The notes beneath the pieces are model-generated. The model made no database searches, was not told the origin of the DNA, and saw only the letters and a program-made list of their open reading frames with translations. A program made the translations under genes and the position numbers. DNA of 54,698 nt, from positions 83,834,498 to 83,889,195 of the forward strand of contig NC_068984.1 in assembly GCF_001194135.2 (NCBI RefSeq). Direction: 5' to 3'. Origin of the DNA: Octopus bimaculoides (Eukaryota). This document shows positions 51,191-54,698 of this stretch, piece after piece (within the stretch, counting starts at the first letter, position 1; the number at the start of each line of letters is the position of its first letter).

Positions 51191-51894
51191 GTCAAGAGTT
51201 TTGTGCATGACTAGTATTAAATTCCATGGGAAATAACTCTTCTTTTCACCTGAAAATTAATATAATTATTTTCAATGTTTCATTTAATTTCTTTTACGCT
51301 TTTCTACATGGAGAGGTTACAGCTCCTGTTCTACAAACATGAGATTAGAATGTCATAGGAAAGAATTGCAAGATGGATCAACCAAGAATGAGATGATTAG
51401 ATAATATCATTAGTCCTAGTTGGTTATGCTTGGGAACCCAGTCGAAAAAATCTAACTGTTGTTTCTGATAGGAGACTATGGAGGAGGTGCTAGAGGATCT
51501 ACCCTCCACGACCCTCCCAGGCAGAAAAAATGGATGGATTTCCAAATTTGTTTAAGCTTATTACAGGCACTCAAGGCTTGTCCTTTGGTTTATCACTCTT
51601 GTTCCCAGGCTCAAGCTAGTCTTTTTCTTTTTATTTCTTAGTCAGAAGAAAGAGCAGAGTCCATGATCTTTTACAGGGTCTCTGAGAATAGTGGGATGGA
51701 GAGAGGAAAATATTCTCAAAACTGGAAATTTGTTCCTTTAAATCATAATTTCAAATCCTTTTCTTGTTTTCCCATAAAAGTATTTTATCCAGTCTAATTC
51801 CCAACTTACCATTACTTAAATTATCCGGAAAATATCCCTGGTGAACAATCAGAGTCTTTCCAACGCATCAATAACAAGCATACAATAATGTCTT

Positions 51895-52190
51895 TCACAA
51901 CATACATACTCACACATGCATGCATGCACGTATGCACACACACACATGCACACTTACACATCTACATACATTTACAAACATATATACACTCACACATATG
52001 CATGCATACATACACACATAACCACACACACGTGCACGAATGCACATATGCTAACATACACACATAACCACACACACGTGCACGAATGCACATATGCTAA
52101 CATACACACAGGCATGTGTTTACACACACATGCTCAAACACACACACTTGCATGTACACACACACTTGCATGTACATACACACACACAGA
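51895..52190. repeat. CA-rich low-complexity tract with an exact 46-nt tandem duplication (52017-52108)
   Basis: cataaccacacacacgtgcacgaatgcacatatgctaacatacaca occurs twice. Confidence 0.85.
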
Positions 52191-52823
52191 GTCATTATTA
52201 ATGTAAAAAGTATATCTAAAACCTAAAAATCACATAAAAATTATCTAATACTTTGTCACTAATGCATTTTGGTCAATTTCATTAATATTTCCTATTAACC
52301 AATATAATTTCCTATTTACCAATATAATTATAAAATGAAAAAAAATAAATTAAATTAAATGAAGATCATGCGTTATAGGTTTGTTGCTGATGATACTGAT
52401 GATGACAATGATGATGATAACATGACATGAATATTTTTTAAAAACAAAAATGTATAACAAGATCACCACCTCCACCCCATTGTCATCGTCATCATTTTCA
52501 TCATGATCATTATCATCACGATCATCATCACCATCGTCATACTGACCATTCCTGTTATCATCATCCCTATTATCATTACCATCACTAACATCATTATTTA
52601 TATTATTACCAGAGGTCTCTTCATTACCATTGTGTCATTATCTATGTGGTCAGCTTTGAATACACTTTCTATTATTGCATGGTGGCAGGAGATTATGGGA
52701 TGGATATGTCTTTAGTACAGCATTAGATCACAAGTCTTACATTTTTCAGCACCATGCTATGTTTATTTTTTTATGTCTGGTATCGGTCAGACTTCATGGT
52801 TCATGTCTAACTACTTGTTATAC

Positions 52824-53478
52824 CTAGTTACACACACACACACAAGCTTAAAAGCTGCACTCCATGTGGACTTTTAAGCTAGCTCCTGTGGAGGGTTAAT
52901 TGGATTTGTGGCCCAAAGCTAAAGAGTGAAATAATAATAAAGCATTATTTATACCACAGAATATATTTGGAGAATTATGTATAATTGTGATATTTGGAGA
53001 TCACTGTAAAGCAGCAAGATAAACAATATTCTTAGTTTTACCATTTGGTGTGAGTATGAAGAGATTGTTCCCATTTCCAACTCTGGAACAACTAGCATTG
53101 AGCTGACCATGGGAAAAGCTGTGCTGCATGAGGTGAAGTCCAACAATTTTGAGTGATTGTCCTTGACTCTTGTTAAATGGCATTGCAAAACCAACTGTTA
53201 CTGGAAACTGAAGTCTCTTGAATTCAAAGAGTATGTCTGCTGGAATCAGTGGAATAAACACATTTTCTCCCTTTCCTTGTCCAGTGAGGATTGTTGCTTC
53301 CAAAAGATGTGGATGCATTTGCTTGACAATCAGTCTTGTTTCATTGCACAGCTTTGCGAGATCCAGATTTCTCAAAAGCATGATTGGAACTCCTTTCTTC
53401 AATGTCAGTTCGTGAGAAGACATTCCAGGAGGATCCAAAGAGTTAAGAAATTCAGTAGTTATTATTATAGAAGATATA
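52824..53478 (-). mobile_element. Helitron 3' end: PIF1 helicase C-terminus plus putative hairpin/CTAG terminus
   Basis: TEFLNSLDPPGM...GVPIMLLRNLD...KRLQFPV..FAMPFNKSQGQSL..VGL..FSHGQL..SCSRVG (ORF 53001-53438). Hairpin agcttaaaag/cttttaagct at 52845-52880; CTAG at 52824-52827. Confidence 0.93.
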
Positions 53479-54098
53479 NNNNNNNNNNNNNNNNNNNNNN
53501 NNNNNNNNNNNNNNNNNNNNNNNNNNNNNNNNNNNNNNNNNNNNNNNNNNNNNNNNNNNNNNNNNNNNNNNNNNNNNNNNNNNNNNNNNNNNNNNNNNNN
53601 NNNNNNNNNNNNNNNNNNNNNNNNNNNNNNNNNNNNNNNNNNNNNNNNNNNNNNNNNNNNNNNNNNNNNNNNNNNNNNNNNNNNNNNNNNNNNNNNNNNN
53701 NNNNNNNNNNNNNNNNNNNNNNNNNNNNNNNNNNNNNNNNNNNNNNNNNNNNNNNNNNNNNNNNNNNNNNNNNNNNNNNNNNNNNNNNNNNNNNNNNNNN
53801 NNNNNNNNNNNNNNNNNNNNNNNNNNNNNNNNNNNNNNNNNNNNNNNNNNNNNNNNNNNNNNNNNNNNNNNNNNNNNNNNNNNNNNNNNNNNNNNNNNNN
53901 NNNNNNNNNNNNNNNNNNNNNNNNNNNNNNNNNNNNNNNNNNNNNNNNNNNNNNNNNNNNNNNNNNNNNNNNNNNNNNNNNNNNNNNNNNNNNNNNNNNN
54001 NNNNNNNNNNNNNNNNNNNNNNNNNNNNNNNNNNNNNNNNNNNNNNNNNNNNNNNNNNNNNNNNNNNNNNNNNNNNNNNNNNNNNNNNNNNNNNNNNN

Positions 54099-54698
54099 CG
54101 CCGTGCGACCCTGGGACTGGCCTGAGTTTCTGGCGCGCTGCCTTCATCATCTTGCCTACTGCTGCTGTCTTCATCATCCTGCTCACTGCTGCTGGTTCCA
54201 TCCTCTGAAGCACTGACAATCTTCCGCACATCCAAAACATGGCGTGGCATACCATCGACCTAGACGTTCTTTGAATTGATGGAGGTTATAGTTCCTTTCC
54301 CCCATTGTGATGTGTACTGTGCATTTGGGGGTTTTACCCAAACTTCTTCCCCGATCTGCACAAAGGTGTGCTCTTCTCCCCGGAGTTGCATTGATGCAAC
54401 ACACGGGTGCCTCCACTCATACCTGAATATTGCCCTATGTGGCACCGACTCCTCAGCCTGTCCTGACCTGGGCGACATATTGTACCAAAATACGGCCTCG
54501 ATTGGCGAAATGTGGCCCCTCTCTGCCATGGTCTTGATGGTACAATGATGCCTTTCCACCACTCCATTTCCACTTGGCTGGTATGCTGCCCTGAAGAAGC
54601 GGCTGACCTGCCACCCGTCAAGCATTTCTTTCAGCTCCTCCGAGCGAAATGCAGTGCCATTATCCAGCAGCAGCTCATCCACGGGGCCTCGTTCCAGG
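54099..54698 (-). mobile_element. Gypsy/Ty3 LTR retrotransposon integrase core and C-terminus (runs off the window)
   Basis: ERGPVDELLLDNGTAF...RAAYQPSGNGVVERHHCTIK (DD35E) and IGEEVWVKPP...QWGKGTITSINSKNV*VDGMPRHVLDVRK. GC/CpG-rich; one in-frame TAG at 54260-54262. Confidence 0.93.

Larger units (their letters stand above)
45021..54098. other. Assembly gaps at 45021-45030, 45835-45892, 47184-47507, 48617-48716, 49173-49830 and 53479-54098
   Basis: N runs, mostly flanked by microsatellites or repeats. Confidence 0.99.

Noticed and set aside
51916-52715. His/Thr-rich and Ile-rich ORFs
   Set aside because: Translations of (CA)n and (CAT)n low-complexity tracts.
45624-54255. Long ORFs containing X runs (e.g. 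49049-49951, 53157-54125)
   Set aside because: Artefacts of translating through N gaps.

Overview
AT-rich, microsatellite-dense animal genomic DNA with six N-gaps. The repeat families resemble those of coleoid cephalopods (Octopus-like); this is inference from repeat style, not a database match. No intact recognisable protein-coding gene is present. The window is dominated by decayed mobile elements: two mariner copies plus a mariner MITE, a Tc1, two piggyBac transposase remnants plus a TTAA-MITE, two Helitron Rep/PIF1 remnants, an RTE LINE, a Gypsy integrase, hAT-type MITEs, a Penelope-like terminal repeat and many SINE copies. A CpG-retaining block at about 28-38 kb, flanked by CpG-depleted DNA, carries divergent consensus splice donors and YY1/Kozak-like motifs, suggesting a bidirectional promoter; several exon-like segments are only tentative. 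The most unusual observation is a 147-bp near-perfect palindrome (48882-49028) built from two head-to-head units, each with complete type I hammerhead ribozyme topology but a decayed core. A separate minimal hammerhead-like motif lies at 46227-46262.
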